From Escherichia phage SR02: DNA of 64,000 bases. The notes beneath the pieces are model-generated. The model did not search any database. It saw nothing but the letters and a program-made list of their open reading frames with translations, and had not been told where the DNA came from. The DNA lies in sequence record OQ870566.1; one strand, given 5' to 3'. The position numbers and the translations under genes were made by a program. Shown here one piece after another: positions 54,713 through 64,000 of the stretch (position 1 is the first letter of the stretch; each line of letters begins with the position of its first letter).

Positions 54713-54885
54713 AGAAGATAATTCTTTGGGCTTTAGGTATAGCTCTATTCCTGTATCTGATTGATATCGGAGGAGATGCCAGTAGAGAAGACTGTGAAGT
54801 GAGATTGTCTCAGGAATTTAAGTCAGAGACAAAGTGGGTTAACGGTCGATGCTATGTAAAAGATTGGGGAAGAACTTCTCGATGA
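54709..54885 (+). CDS. small membrane/secreted protein (58 aa)
   Basis: N-terminal hydrophobic helix. Confidence 0.35.
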   Translation: MKKIILWALGIALFLYLIDIGGDASREDCEVRLSQEFKSETKWVNGRCYVKDWGRTSR

Positions 54886-55049
54886 AAAAGTATAGTGTAT
54901 GGTTTAACGAAGTAGAAGAAGGTTTTGATGAAGTTGGAGGATGGGTAAATATCCTAAACACTGACGACATAGAAGAGGCCGAGAAGTGCGCCCTAAACTA
55001 CAACTCTGGGTATTATGAAAGAAATTGGGAATATGAGGAAGAAGTATGA
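54882..55049 (+). CDS. small acidic protein (55 aa)
   Basis: Overlap-coupled ORF. Confidence 0.3.
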   Translation: MKKYSVWFNEVEEGFDEVGGWVNILNTDDIEEAEKCALNYNSGYYERNWEYEEEV

Positions 55050-55204
55050 TTTGGATTCACACTTATAAGATTGGAAAGAAAGAGATCACCGTTGTACATC
55101 ACTCTGAGGAAAGTGCAAATGCTTCTCAGGAAGTCTTGAAAGGTGAAGTTAAAACATACGTCGAAGTGAAAGTTAAATCTTGGTCATAATTAATAGGAGT
55201 AAAA

Positions 55205-55420
55205 ATGGAATACATTGATAAATATTCAAGTGAAGATTCAACAGACGCTGAAGTTTTATTTATACTAAAAACAGACTGTCTTGAACATGGTCAGCTTATC
55301 AATTTTATGGAATTGGCAAAACTTAAAGAAGAGATTGATCAACTGTACAGCGATGAGCAATCCAGATTACTTTCCCTGTCCCTGCTAGGTGACTTAACCT
55401 GTGATGGGTGTACAATTTAA
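55205..55420 (+). CDS. hypothetical protein (71 aa)
   Basis: AGGAG RBS. Confidence 0.45.
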   Translation: MEYIDKYSSEDSTDAEVLFILKTDCLEHGQLINFMELAKLKEEIDQLYSDEQSRLLSLSLLGDLTCDGCTI

Positions 55421-55429
55421 GAGGTCTTT

Positions 55430-55933
55430 ATGGCTGAAGTTTATTTTGCAGGAGATGGTCACTTAGGCCATCGCAACATCTGTAGTTTTCGTAAGCAATT
55501 TAAAAACATAGAAGAACATGACAAAGCAATTCTAGCTGCTTTTGACCATGTAACCAAACGTGATAAAATCTTCTTTACTGGTGATTGGGTGTTTGAAAAG
55601 TATGCCCTTGATATTATCGCTGAAGTAAAAGGAGAGAAGCATCTGGTCTTAGGAAACCATGACAGGTTAGAGCTTCTCCCTGATATGATGAAAGTCTTTC
55701 GTAGAATCTCTGGTGATTTTAAATATAAAGAGTTTTGGGTAACTCATATTCCTATTCACACTGATGAGATGAGAGGGAAGTTTAATATTTATGCTCATAC
55801 TCATAACCATGTAATTGATGATTGGAGATATTTCTGTACATCAATGGAGCAAATTAATTATAAAGCTGTTTCTCTGCAAGAGATTAGGAAGGTTTTCGAT
55901 GAAAGAAGAAAAGAACAAGATCTCATTATTTAA
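55430..55933 (+). CDS. metallophosphoesterase (calcineurin-like Ser/Thr phosphatase family)
   Basis: Ordered motifs GDGHLGH, GDWV, GNHD and HTHNH. Confidence 0.75.
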   Translation: MAEVYFAGDGHLGHRNICSFRKQFKNIEEHDKAILAAFDHVTKRDKIFFTGDWVFEKYALDIIAEVKGEKHLVLGNHDRLELLPDMMKVFRRISGDFKYKEFWVTHIPIHTDEMRGKFNIYAHTHNHVIDDWRYFCTSMEQINYKAVSLQEIRKVFDERRKEQDLII

Positions 55934-56342
55934 AGAACCTGTAGTTTATAAAGACTCTATCAGAGATCAATATAATGAGATGTTAAAGAAACAAGCTGAT
56001 TCTAATCTTCGTTATCAGAGGATAGTAGAACAATCTAACTTTAAGGGTTTACTTGAATGGTAACTTATATTCTTTACTTTTTGGCTTTCTTAGGAATAAT
56101 CTTTTTATCTATTATTCTTGAATTTGGTTTAAGTAAGTTAGTTAATTATTTAGGTAGTAAGTAATTAATATTCTTTTAAATAGAGAATCAAAGTCCCTAG
56201 GAGTCCCTACAACCTAAATCAAGGATTCCTTAATTCTCTATTTTTATCTCGCAGGTGGCTCCTGCCCTTCGGTACTTGCAAGGGATTCTGTGAATTGCCC
56301 AATGTACAAGCCTGCAAGAGTTATTCTCTAACTCTACCTTAT

Positions 56343-56351
56343 ATACATTAC
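56343..56351 (-). promoter_or_regulatory. candidate phage-sigma promoter element TAATGTATA, divergent from the one at 56403
   Basis: Exact 9-mer on the minus strand inside an ORF-free AT-rich region. Confidence 0.3.
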
Positions 56352-56402
56352 CATTAGTGAGTATCTACTACCAATAAAATGATACTTATCTTACAAAAGT
56401 TA

Positions 56403-56411
56403 TAATGTATA
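56403..56411 (+). promoter_or_regulatory. candidate phage-sigma promoter element TAATGTATA
   Basis: Exact 9-mer 60 nt upstream of the ORF at 56471. Confidence 0.4.
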
Positions 56412-56470
56412 TTATACATAACCGCTCAAAGAGAGCAACAATCTATCAAATTAAATAAGGAAATTAAAAT

Positions 56471-57217
56471 ATGTCTATGATTCCAACTATCGCAACTTCT
56501 TCCCGTAAATCCAACTACGACATTATCCCTGATGGTGAGTACGAAGCACGTATTGTTCGTGTAGTAGGTTTAGGTGTTCACAATCGTGACCCTTGGGTTG
56601 ACCCGAAGACCAAAGCAGTAACTCCTAAGAATCCAGCTTTCCGTATGGATTTGGCTTTCGAGCTGATTGGTGTTGATGCTACTGGTAAAGATTCCGATGG
56701 TAAGGCATTAGAACCGCGTCCAGCTTGCCAGTTCAAGAGCTATGATGTAAACCCACGAGCTAAGAACTCTGGTATTCTTGATCTTTGCAAGATGATTGAC
56801 CCAAGTATTCAAGCACTGAAAGGTGATCTGTCTTGGTTCAAGGATGTTCTGTTAGGCCAGCCTGTTAACATTCTGGTTAACTCTTACACTAACAAAGCTG
56901 GTGAAGTTAAAAACTCCATCAAGACCATTTCTCCAATCCCAACCAAATATCGTGCAGCAGTTGGTGAAGCTCGTAGTCCTCTGGTATTCTTCGAACCGTA
57001 TGCTGAAACCGATGAGAACGTAGCATCCTATCAACTGATGTTCCCGTTCCAGCGCAACCTGCTTACCCAAGCTAATGACGCTAAGAACATGCCTCTGGCT
57101 GGTCGTGAAATTACTCGTGCTTCTGAAACAGAACAGAAAGAAGCTACTCCTTCAATCCCTACGATTGATAGAGAGCCTACTTCTACTTACGAAGACGACA
57201 ACGATAGCCCATTCTAA
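56471..57217 (+). CDS. putative single-stranded DNA-binding protein (gp2.5-like acidic tail)
   Basis: 248 aa between a promoter motif and a strong terminator; C-terminus YEDDNDSPF is acidic and ends in Phe as in T7 gp2.5; no direct sequence similarity seen. Confidence 0.4.
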   Translation: MSMIPTIATSSRKSNYDIIPDGEYEARIVRVVGLGVHNRDPWVDPKTKAVTPKNPAFRMDLAFELIGVDATGKDSDGKALEPRPACQFKSYDVNPRAKNSGILDLCKMIDPSIQALKGDLSWFKDVLLGQPVNILVNSYTNKAGEVKNSIKTISPIPTKYRAAVGEARSPLVFFEPYAETDENVASYQLMFPFQRNLLTQANDAKNMPLAGREITRASETEQKEATPSIPTIDREPTSTYEDDNDSPF

Positions 57218-57238
57218 TAACTCTCCTTGTTATAGCTT

Positions 57239-57263
57239 AGCCACCTTCGGGTGGCTTTTTTCG
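57239..57263 (+). terminator. strong rho-independent terminator
   Basis: Perfect hairpin AGCCACC-UUCG-GGUGGCU followed by UUUUUU. Confidence 0.8.
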
Positions 57264-57274
57264 TTGGAGATAAC

Positions 57275-57625
57275 ATGCAAAACACGTTAAGTGATAACTT
57301 AGGGTTTATCATTTTCTCAGCTCTTGTGTTCTTTGGTGGTATGAAGTTTAACGAATATCAAACAGACAGCAGTAATCTGGACAAAGAGAAGCACCAGCAA
57401 GAGTTAGAGATTGAAAGAAGTAGGGCAGCTGATGAAGTTGCTCAGAGGGTTCTTACCGGTATATCTAACTGGAAGAAGAACACGGAAACCGTTTATAAAG
57501 AGATGCATTATGAGAAAACTAAACCAGTTTTTTATAATGTCTGCGCTAGTGATGAGTATGTCAGCTTGTTCAACGAGCGACAACAGCAGGCAATCAATGC
57601 CCTTACCAACAAACCTAAAAGCTGA
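57275..57625 (+). CDS. candidate i-spanin (Rz-like): N-terminal TM plus helical periplasmic domain
   Basis: GGAGA RBS; TM helix LGFIIFSALVFFGGM followed by charged helical region. Confidence 0.45.
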   Translation: MQNTLSDNLGFIIFSALVFFGGMKFNEYQTDSSNLDKEKHQQELEIERSRAADEVAQRVLTGISNWKKNTETVYKEMHYEKTKPVFYNVCASDEYVSLFNERQQQAINALTNKPKS

Positions 57626-57766
57626 GTGTAGGGTTGATCTACCTTTTTTAGGGAGTGCTCAAGGAAAGGCACTAGCCACTACGTTGGAGTGGTATCAGGA
57701 CCAGTACACAGAATGTGCTGCTAATCACAATGGATTGTTAGAAGCCCTTAAAGAGCGTGGAATAGA

Positions 57767-57770
<4 letters not shown>
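57510..57770 (+). CDS. candidate o-spanin (Rz1-like) lipoprotein, overlapping the previous gene in another frame
   Basis: Signal peptide with lipobox (FIMSALVMSMSAC); Pro-containing mature part with Cys residues; overlapping arrangement typical of Rz/Rz1. Confidence 0.4.
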
Positions 57771-59256
<1,486 letters not shown>

Positions 59257-59266
<10 letters not shown>

Positions 59267-60156
59267 ATGAAGAGGTAAAAGCTTTAAAGAAAGCTCTTGC
59301 AATTAAAATCAAACATTTAAATTTCGTCAGAGATGAGTTGGAGGAGCTATCCAACTTATCAGGATATGAGTTACAGAATGAGCTTGTAGAGTTTCAAATC
59401 AATATTGATGGCGGTAAATACGTAGAAACAACTAGAGCGATTTTACCTAAAGTTACTGGTAACAAAACTCCTCCAATAGACTACTCACATGACCACATGG
59501 AGCAATTAGAAATGGAATCTCAAGGCAATCCAGCACTGACCAATATGGTGGGAGGTTCTCACTATAAGCCTTTAGTAGTAATTCTTAATGGGCCTCCGGG
59601 TTGTGGTAAAGATACGATAGCCAATGCTTGGGTCAATGCACATTCATACCATCACAATCATTTAACCAAATCCTTCAAGGAGCCGATGTATAGAGTGGCT
59701 GCTGCTGCACTAGGAATGCCTCTAGAAAACTTCCTAGCACGCTATGAAGATCGTGAATGGAAAGAAAAATCTAGACCAGAGTGGGGAGGGAAGTCTGTAA
59801 GAGATTTGATGATTTCTACAAGTGAAGACTTCTTAAAACCTATGTTTGGCAACAATCATATGGGGAATCTCGCTGTAAAGAGCATCAAACAAGAGGAGTT
59901 AGGTCAGGATGACATTATTGTTTTTACTGACGGAGGTTTTGATGCAGAGGTACGAGAACTAGAAAAGAATTTCAATGTCCAAGTTGTCCAAGTGCTTAGG
60001 GATGGTTGTTCTTTCGATGGAGACTCTCGCTCGTACATTGAAGGGGAGCAGAGAAAAACATATCTGCTGTTTAATGACTCAACTATTGAATCAGCAGTGT
60101 CAGATTTAGATTGGATTATATCTCAAGCTCAGGATGATATTTATGGAAGACGTTAA
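59257..60156 (+). CDS. P-loop nucleotide kinase (dNMP kinase-like) with ~100 aa N-terminal extension
   Basis: Walker A ILNGPPGCGKDT of the GKDT subtype seen in phage dNMP kinases; C-terminal lid-like region. Confidence 0.55.
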
Positions 60157-60961
60157 GCTCCCTGAAGTAGCTATAGTGGATGCTGACGTTCTTCGATATG
60201 AAGTGGGTGCTCTTACTCAGGAGCATCCCTTTCTTGACACAGGACGTGTTCCCGTTGATTACAATTTCATGATTGAACGACTTCAGTACAAGATAGATAC
60301 TATCATTGCTCGCTCAGGTTGCAGTAAGGTTGTGTTCTACTTCAGCGAAGGTGGTAACTTCCGTTTTGATGTTGCTAAGCAGCAAGACTACAAAGCAAAT
60401 AGACCTCCCGGAGAAAGACCTTTTCACTGGCAAAACGTTGGTGATTATATTAAAGGTAAATATGAATACATAGATGTATTTGGTAGAGAAGCTGATGATG
60501 CACTAGCTGAAAGGCAACGTAGAGATAAGAACACTATCATCTGTACTAGAGACAAAGATTTGTTGATAACTCCCGGATGGCATTACCGTTGGGCTTGTGG
60601 AGAAAGACAAAAAGAGGTTCCTCCTCACTATGTATCTGATTTAGTTTCATGGCAAAACTTCTTCTATCAAATGTTGATTGGAGATGGTACGGATAATATC
60701 CCCGGATGTGGGGAACGTGAAGAAGTCATGTGGGGTGGTAAGCTTCAGCTTCGACGTCAAGGAGTAGGGAAGAAGGCAGCAGCTAAATTACTAGCTGGTG
60801 TTACAGATAAGTGGACCATGTATCATATAGTACGAATGGAATATTATAAGAAGTTCGATACTGAAGATGAAGAGAAGATGCTTGAGAATGCTCGGCTGCT
60901 CTTTGTTGGTCAGACTCCGGAAGACCTGTTCGACTGGACATGGTTAGATAAATCTTGGTAA
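60134..60961 (+). CDS. 5'-3' exonuclease / flap endonuclease (T7 gp6 / T5 D15-like)
   Basis: VAIVDADVLRY, YKANR, GREADDALA and ICTRDKDLLI motifs in FEN order; likely start is the ATG at 60143. Confidence 0.85.
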   Translation: MIFMEDVKLPEVAIVDADVLRYEVGALTQEHPFLDTGRVPVDYNFMIERLQYKIDTIIARSGCSKVVFYFSEGGNFRFDVAKQQDYKANRPPGERPFHWQNVGDYIKGKYEYIDVFGREADDALAERQRRDKNTIICTRDKDLLITPGWHYRWACGERQKEVPPHYVSDLVSWQNFFYQMLIGDGTDNIPGCGEREEVMWGGKLQLRRQGVGKKAAAKLLAGVTDKWTMYHIVRMEYYKKFDTEDEEKMLENARLLFVGQTPEDLFDWTWLDKSW

Positions 60962-60974
60962 TAAGGATATTATA

Positions 60975-61154
60975 ATGGGTAAATTTGATTATCGTTCATA
61001 TGATGAAAACTCCTCCAATCGTGAATCTCGTAAAGATCAAAAGATTAAACATCAACTGTTTGATCAGCGAACTGGTCGTATTCCTCGTGAGGGCAAAGTG
61101 AGCCATCGTGTAAACAAACGAGTTTGGGAAGAAGCTGATTATGGCGAAGTCTGA
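60975..61154 (+). CDS. small basic protein (59 aa)
   Basis: ATG with AAGGA RBS. Confidence 0.3.
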   Translation: MGKFDYRSYDENSSNRESRKDQKIKHQLFDQRTGRIPREGKVSHRVNKRVWEEADYGEV

Positions 61155-61542
61155 GAAGACTCGCTGTAGTGGAATGTGGACTGAAGCTCGTTATAACTCT
61201 TTCATCAAGTCAGGGATTCGTTCTCTGACTAGAAAGTGGAAGCCCATGTTCGATGCACTAGCAGACGCCAAGACAGAGCAGAAGATTAATCCAAAGACAG
61301 GAAGACTGGCAATGCACTTTAAGTGTGCCATGTGTGGTAATGACCACCCTGTAAAGGATATGGCTATTGACCACATAGAGCCTATAGTTCCCTTAGATCA
61401 TGAAGCAACTTGGGATGAAATCATCTCTCGTGCTCTGTGTGAGAAAGAGGGGTTTCAAGTTCTGTGTAAAGACCCTTGTCATAAGATTAAAACAAAAGAA
61501 GAGAATGATGCAAGAAAACAATTCAAAAAAGGAAATGAGTGA
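61141..61542 (+). CDS. HNH nuclease domain protein
   Basis: CAMCGNDHPVKDMAIDHIEPI...LCKDPCHKIK: the C..C...DH...P...C..CH..K HNH zinc-finger motif. Confidence 0.7.
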   Translation: MAKSEKTRCSGMWTEARYNSFIKSGIRSLTRKWKPMFDALADAKTEQKINPKTGRLAMHFKCAMCGNDHPVKDMAIDHIEPIVPLDHEATWDEIISRALCEKEGFQVLCKDPCHKIKTKEENDARKQFKKGNE

Positions 61543-61762
61543 TGATCAAAAATCTACGCAACAAGTGCTTCGCTTTCGCTATCGCAATTGGAGAGGCGAG
61601 GTTGCTGACCGGTCCGTTATTCCACTCCGAACCTCCATTGCTAGCTCCCGTTTTCATAACGGTGGCAAACCTTGTTGGATTATGACAGCGATAGATGTAG
61701 AGAAAGATGAGATTCGAGAGTTCAAACTCTCTGACATTATTCAGTATTACGATTTAATCTAG
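61535..61762 (+). CDS. hypothetical protein (75 aa)
   Basis: Overlap-coupled ORF. Confidence 0.4.
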   Translation: MSDDQKSTQQVLRFRYRNWRGEVADRSVIPLRTSIASSRFHNGGKPCWIMTAIDVEKDEIREFKLSDIIQYYDLI

Positions 61763-61770
61763 GAACTGAC

Positions 61771-61932
61771 ATGATCACACAAGCAGATAAAAATAAACTC
61801 TTCGACTTAATCCACGATCTATTAGAAGCTCAGAGCTTTATTAATAATGCCAATACTTGGGAGATGGAAGCAGCTGGAAAAGCTTTTGATGAAAGTGAAG
61901 AGAAACTTACTAATTTTATAAACGCAATCTAG
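61771..61932 (+). CDS. small protein (53 aa)
   Basis: Last plus-strand ORF before the bidirectional terminator. Confidence 0.3.
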   Translation: MITQADKNKLFDLIHDLLEAQSFINNANTWEMEAAGKAFDESEEKLTNFINAI

Positions 61933-62077
61933 GAGGGTGTATGAATGAAGAAGTTGTTATTCTTGGCAGTAAATCGGATTGGTTCTACGGAGGCATCTCA
62001 GGATGCTTTGAAGATGAACATCCAGACTTCTGAAGAGAATTGGGATGTATGACGAATTTGATGGTTTTTAAAACTTA

Positions 62078-62125
62078 GAAACAAATAAAGCCCTCTTGGA
62101 TTTCTCCTTGAGGGCTTTTCTTTTA
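62078..62125. terminator. bidirectional rho-independent terminator between converging transcription units
   Basis: Hairpin AGCCCUC...GAGGGCU flanked by an A-run on the left and a T-run on the right. Confidence 0.6.
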
Positions 62126-64000
62126 TCACTCCTTAGGTCGAACTCTTACACGGAGTCTCGATTGACGCTTACTGCGTTCAAGCTTCTCTGACAATGAGCC
62201 ACGTTTAATCTTCGGCTTCCCTTCGTCATTAAACTTCTCCAAGAACTGCAAATACTCAGTACGATTAGTTGTCTTGTAAGAAGGAATCTTAATATCAGGG
62301 TTCTCTTCAATCACACGTCTCATCTTCGCTACATCATCCCTACCAAGCAACTTACTCTTAGCCTGTTCAGCTGTAGAACCAAAGATCTTCTCCAGTGCTC
62401 TAGATTTGTTACCACCTGCGGAAGAAGCACCAAGTTTAGCAATAGCAGAGTAATCATCAGCACTAAACCAAGCTACTGGATTATCACCATACTTCTTCTT
62501 GTTTTCAGCAGCAGTCTGCAATGCACGTACAAAGCGACGGTTGTTACCAGCCTTATCTGCACCATGAACCCTGTCTAAAACTTCAGCCACACTAGCCAAC
62601 TCATCCAAGCTCTTCCCACTCAAGAAAGCTTTCTCTACTTTATCAGCAAAGACCTCTTCCTGTTGTTTAATGCTCTCCAAGATATCAGAATTTGCTTGAG
62701 ATCTTTCATCATCAGGCAGAGCAGAACGAATCTTCTCCATCTCCAACTCTTCCTCTTGCAGTTTCTTAATATCGGAGTCAACCTTCTGAGCCTCCTCAAT
62801 AGCCTTCCTAGTATCCGCATCCAAGTTATCAAGCTTACCTTCAGTATCTCCAGTAACCTTAACAATCTCTTTCTCGATAGGAGTCATTGATTCGTACTTC
62901 TTAGCAAACTTCTCAACATCAGCTTCGATACGAGAACGAGCATTCTGATGTTCAGTGGGAGTCATAGGCTTCTCAAGAAGTGCATAACGGTTGTCCATAT
63001 AGGAACCAGCAAATGCTTCAGCATCCTCTCTAGATATGCCCTTATCTTCCATAGTACGCATCAGGCGGCGATGAATGTCATCACGTTGACGTTGTACTGC
63101 CATAAGATCATTCTCACGCTCTTGGGCCGCTTTAAGCTCTTCACTGCGCTTAACTCTCTTGTCCACATCAAACTTACGGTTCATCTCTTCCGCTTGCTCA
63201 TACATCTTGTTCCACTTGGCCTGACGAGCATCTTCCTCTGCATCAGTTAAACGACGCTGACGATCAAGGTAATCTGACTCGGCGTTGTGGATACGTTCAA
63301 TGTAACTACGGAACTTCTCTGGAGGAACTGGAGAGTTCTTGTCATGGTGAGCAGCCAACTGTTTCAATGTACGAGATTCCTGAGCCTCACGAACAGGTTT
63401 AGGTAAACCTTCCATCATCTTCTCAATCTCACTCTTCTGAGCTGCAATAGCCTCTAGAGTTTTACGTTCATTCTCAACAGCAGCCTTAGCATCTGAACGA
63501 GCCTGGGCTTTGTTTTTCAGAGTGGCAAGACGTTCTTCACGAGCCTGTAAATGCTTAGCAGCAGCTTCATACTGAGAGTTCTTGTTAGCTTTGTTGAAGG
63601 CATTCACTTCTCTGTTATAGGTGTTAATAAACCCATCCCAAATATCCTTCATCTGACCAACTTCTAAAGCCTCTTCCCTACCAGCCTTCTCTGAAGATTT
63701 AAACTTCCCATCTACATAATCATTCATCAGCCTACGCATAGCATCTTTCTGAGCAGGACGTAAAGGTTCTGAATCAATCAAAGTATCAATCTCAGACTGA
63801 AGCTCTTTCTTCTGGTCAACCAGCTTAGGAGCATCCTTCTTATCAAAAGCTTTGTTCTCTTCTAGAGCTTGTTGATACAGTCTATCAAACTCATCCTCAC
63901 GCTGCTTCTGATACAACCTTTCAGCACGACGTTTCAGACCATCCAAGTTAGTTACGTTCCCACCTAAACCTTTCTCTTCAGCACGTAATGCCTTAGTAGC
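62126..64000 (-). CDS. large charged coiled-coil-like protein (over 620 aa), probable virion/internal protein; N-terminus beyond window end
   Basis: Frame stays open upstream of the listed TTG at 63946 to the window edge (checked by hand); Glu/Lys/Arg-rich heptad-like composition. Confidence 0.55.
   Translation of the reverse strand, partial: ATKALRAEEKGLGGNVTNLDGLKRRAERLYQKQREDEFDRLYQQALEENKAFDKKDAPKLVDQKKELQSEIDTLIDSEPLRPAQKDAMRRLMNDYVDGKFKSSEKAGREEALEVGQMKDIWDGFINTYNREVNAFNKANKNSQYEAAAKHLQAREERLATLKNKAQARSDAKAAVENERKTLEAIAAQKSEIEKMMEGLPKPVREAQESRTLKQLAAHHDKNSPVPPEKFRSYIERIHNAESDYLDRQRRLTDAEEDARQAKWNKMYEQAEEMNRKFDVDKRVKRSEELKAAQERENDLMAVQRQRDDIHRRLMRTMEDKGISREDAEAFAGSYMDNRYALLEKPMTPTEHQNARSRIEADVEKFAKKYESMTPIEKEIVKVTGDTEGKLDNLDADTRKAIEEAQKVDSDIKKLQEEELEMEKIRSALPDDERSQANSDILESIKQQEEVFADKVEKAFLSGKSLDELASVAEVLDRVHGADKAGNNRRFVRALQTAAENKKKYGDNPVAWFSADDYSAIAKLGASSAGGNKSRALEKIFGSTAEQAKSKLLGRDDVAKMRRVIEENPDIKIPSYKTTNRTEYLQFLEKFNDEGKPKIKRGSLSEKLERSKRQSRLRVRVRPKE

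Noticed and set aside
62635-63250. Three short ORFs on both strands
   Set aside because: Embedded in or antisense to the large minus-strand coiled-coil gene.

Overview
The window reads as about 64 kb of a virulent tailed-phage genome (no integrase or recombinase motif seen), organised in three transcription blocks. (1) Positions 1-14201, minus strand: late morphogenesis genes in the order terminase small and large subunits, portal, scaffold, major capsid, Ig-like decoration protein, tail fibers. (2) Positions 14202-15285: an ORF-free divergent control region with CCCCGTG-type repeats. (3) Positions 15286-62050, plus strand: a densely packed early/middle block opened by tandem sigma70-type promoters and about 1.9 kb of ORF-free leader. 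It holds one tRNA-Arg(UCU) and a T7-like replisome (primase-helicase, a family A DNA polymerase split into separate exonuclease and polymerase genes, FEN, candidate SSB). It also holds nucleotide-metabolism genes (dCTP deaminase, thioredoxin, ThyX-like enzyme, PhoH, dNMP kinase), an ECF-like sigma factor, three HNH endonucleases, and many small ORFs including paralogous arrays. A converging minus-strand gene (62126 to beyond 64000) follows a bidirectional terminator. The most unusual content is an accessory island at 29898-39302 encoding two amidoligase paralogs, a class II glutamine amidotransferase, an ATP-grasp ligase and a gamma-glutamyl-cyclotransferase-like protein. Other notable items are a CCA-adding-enzyme-like nucleotidyltransferase, a DarG-like macrodomain, a Dps-like protein, and a GGGAAAG slippery site that would fuse the capsid to the Ig-like protein by -1 frameshift. 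The architecture resembles phiEco32-like phages, but that is from memory and unverified. All calls are from manual reading of the sequence and ORF track; no database search was run.
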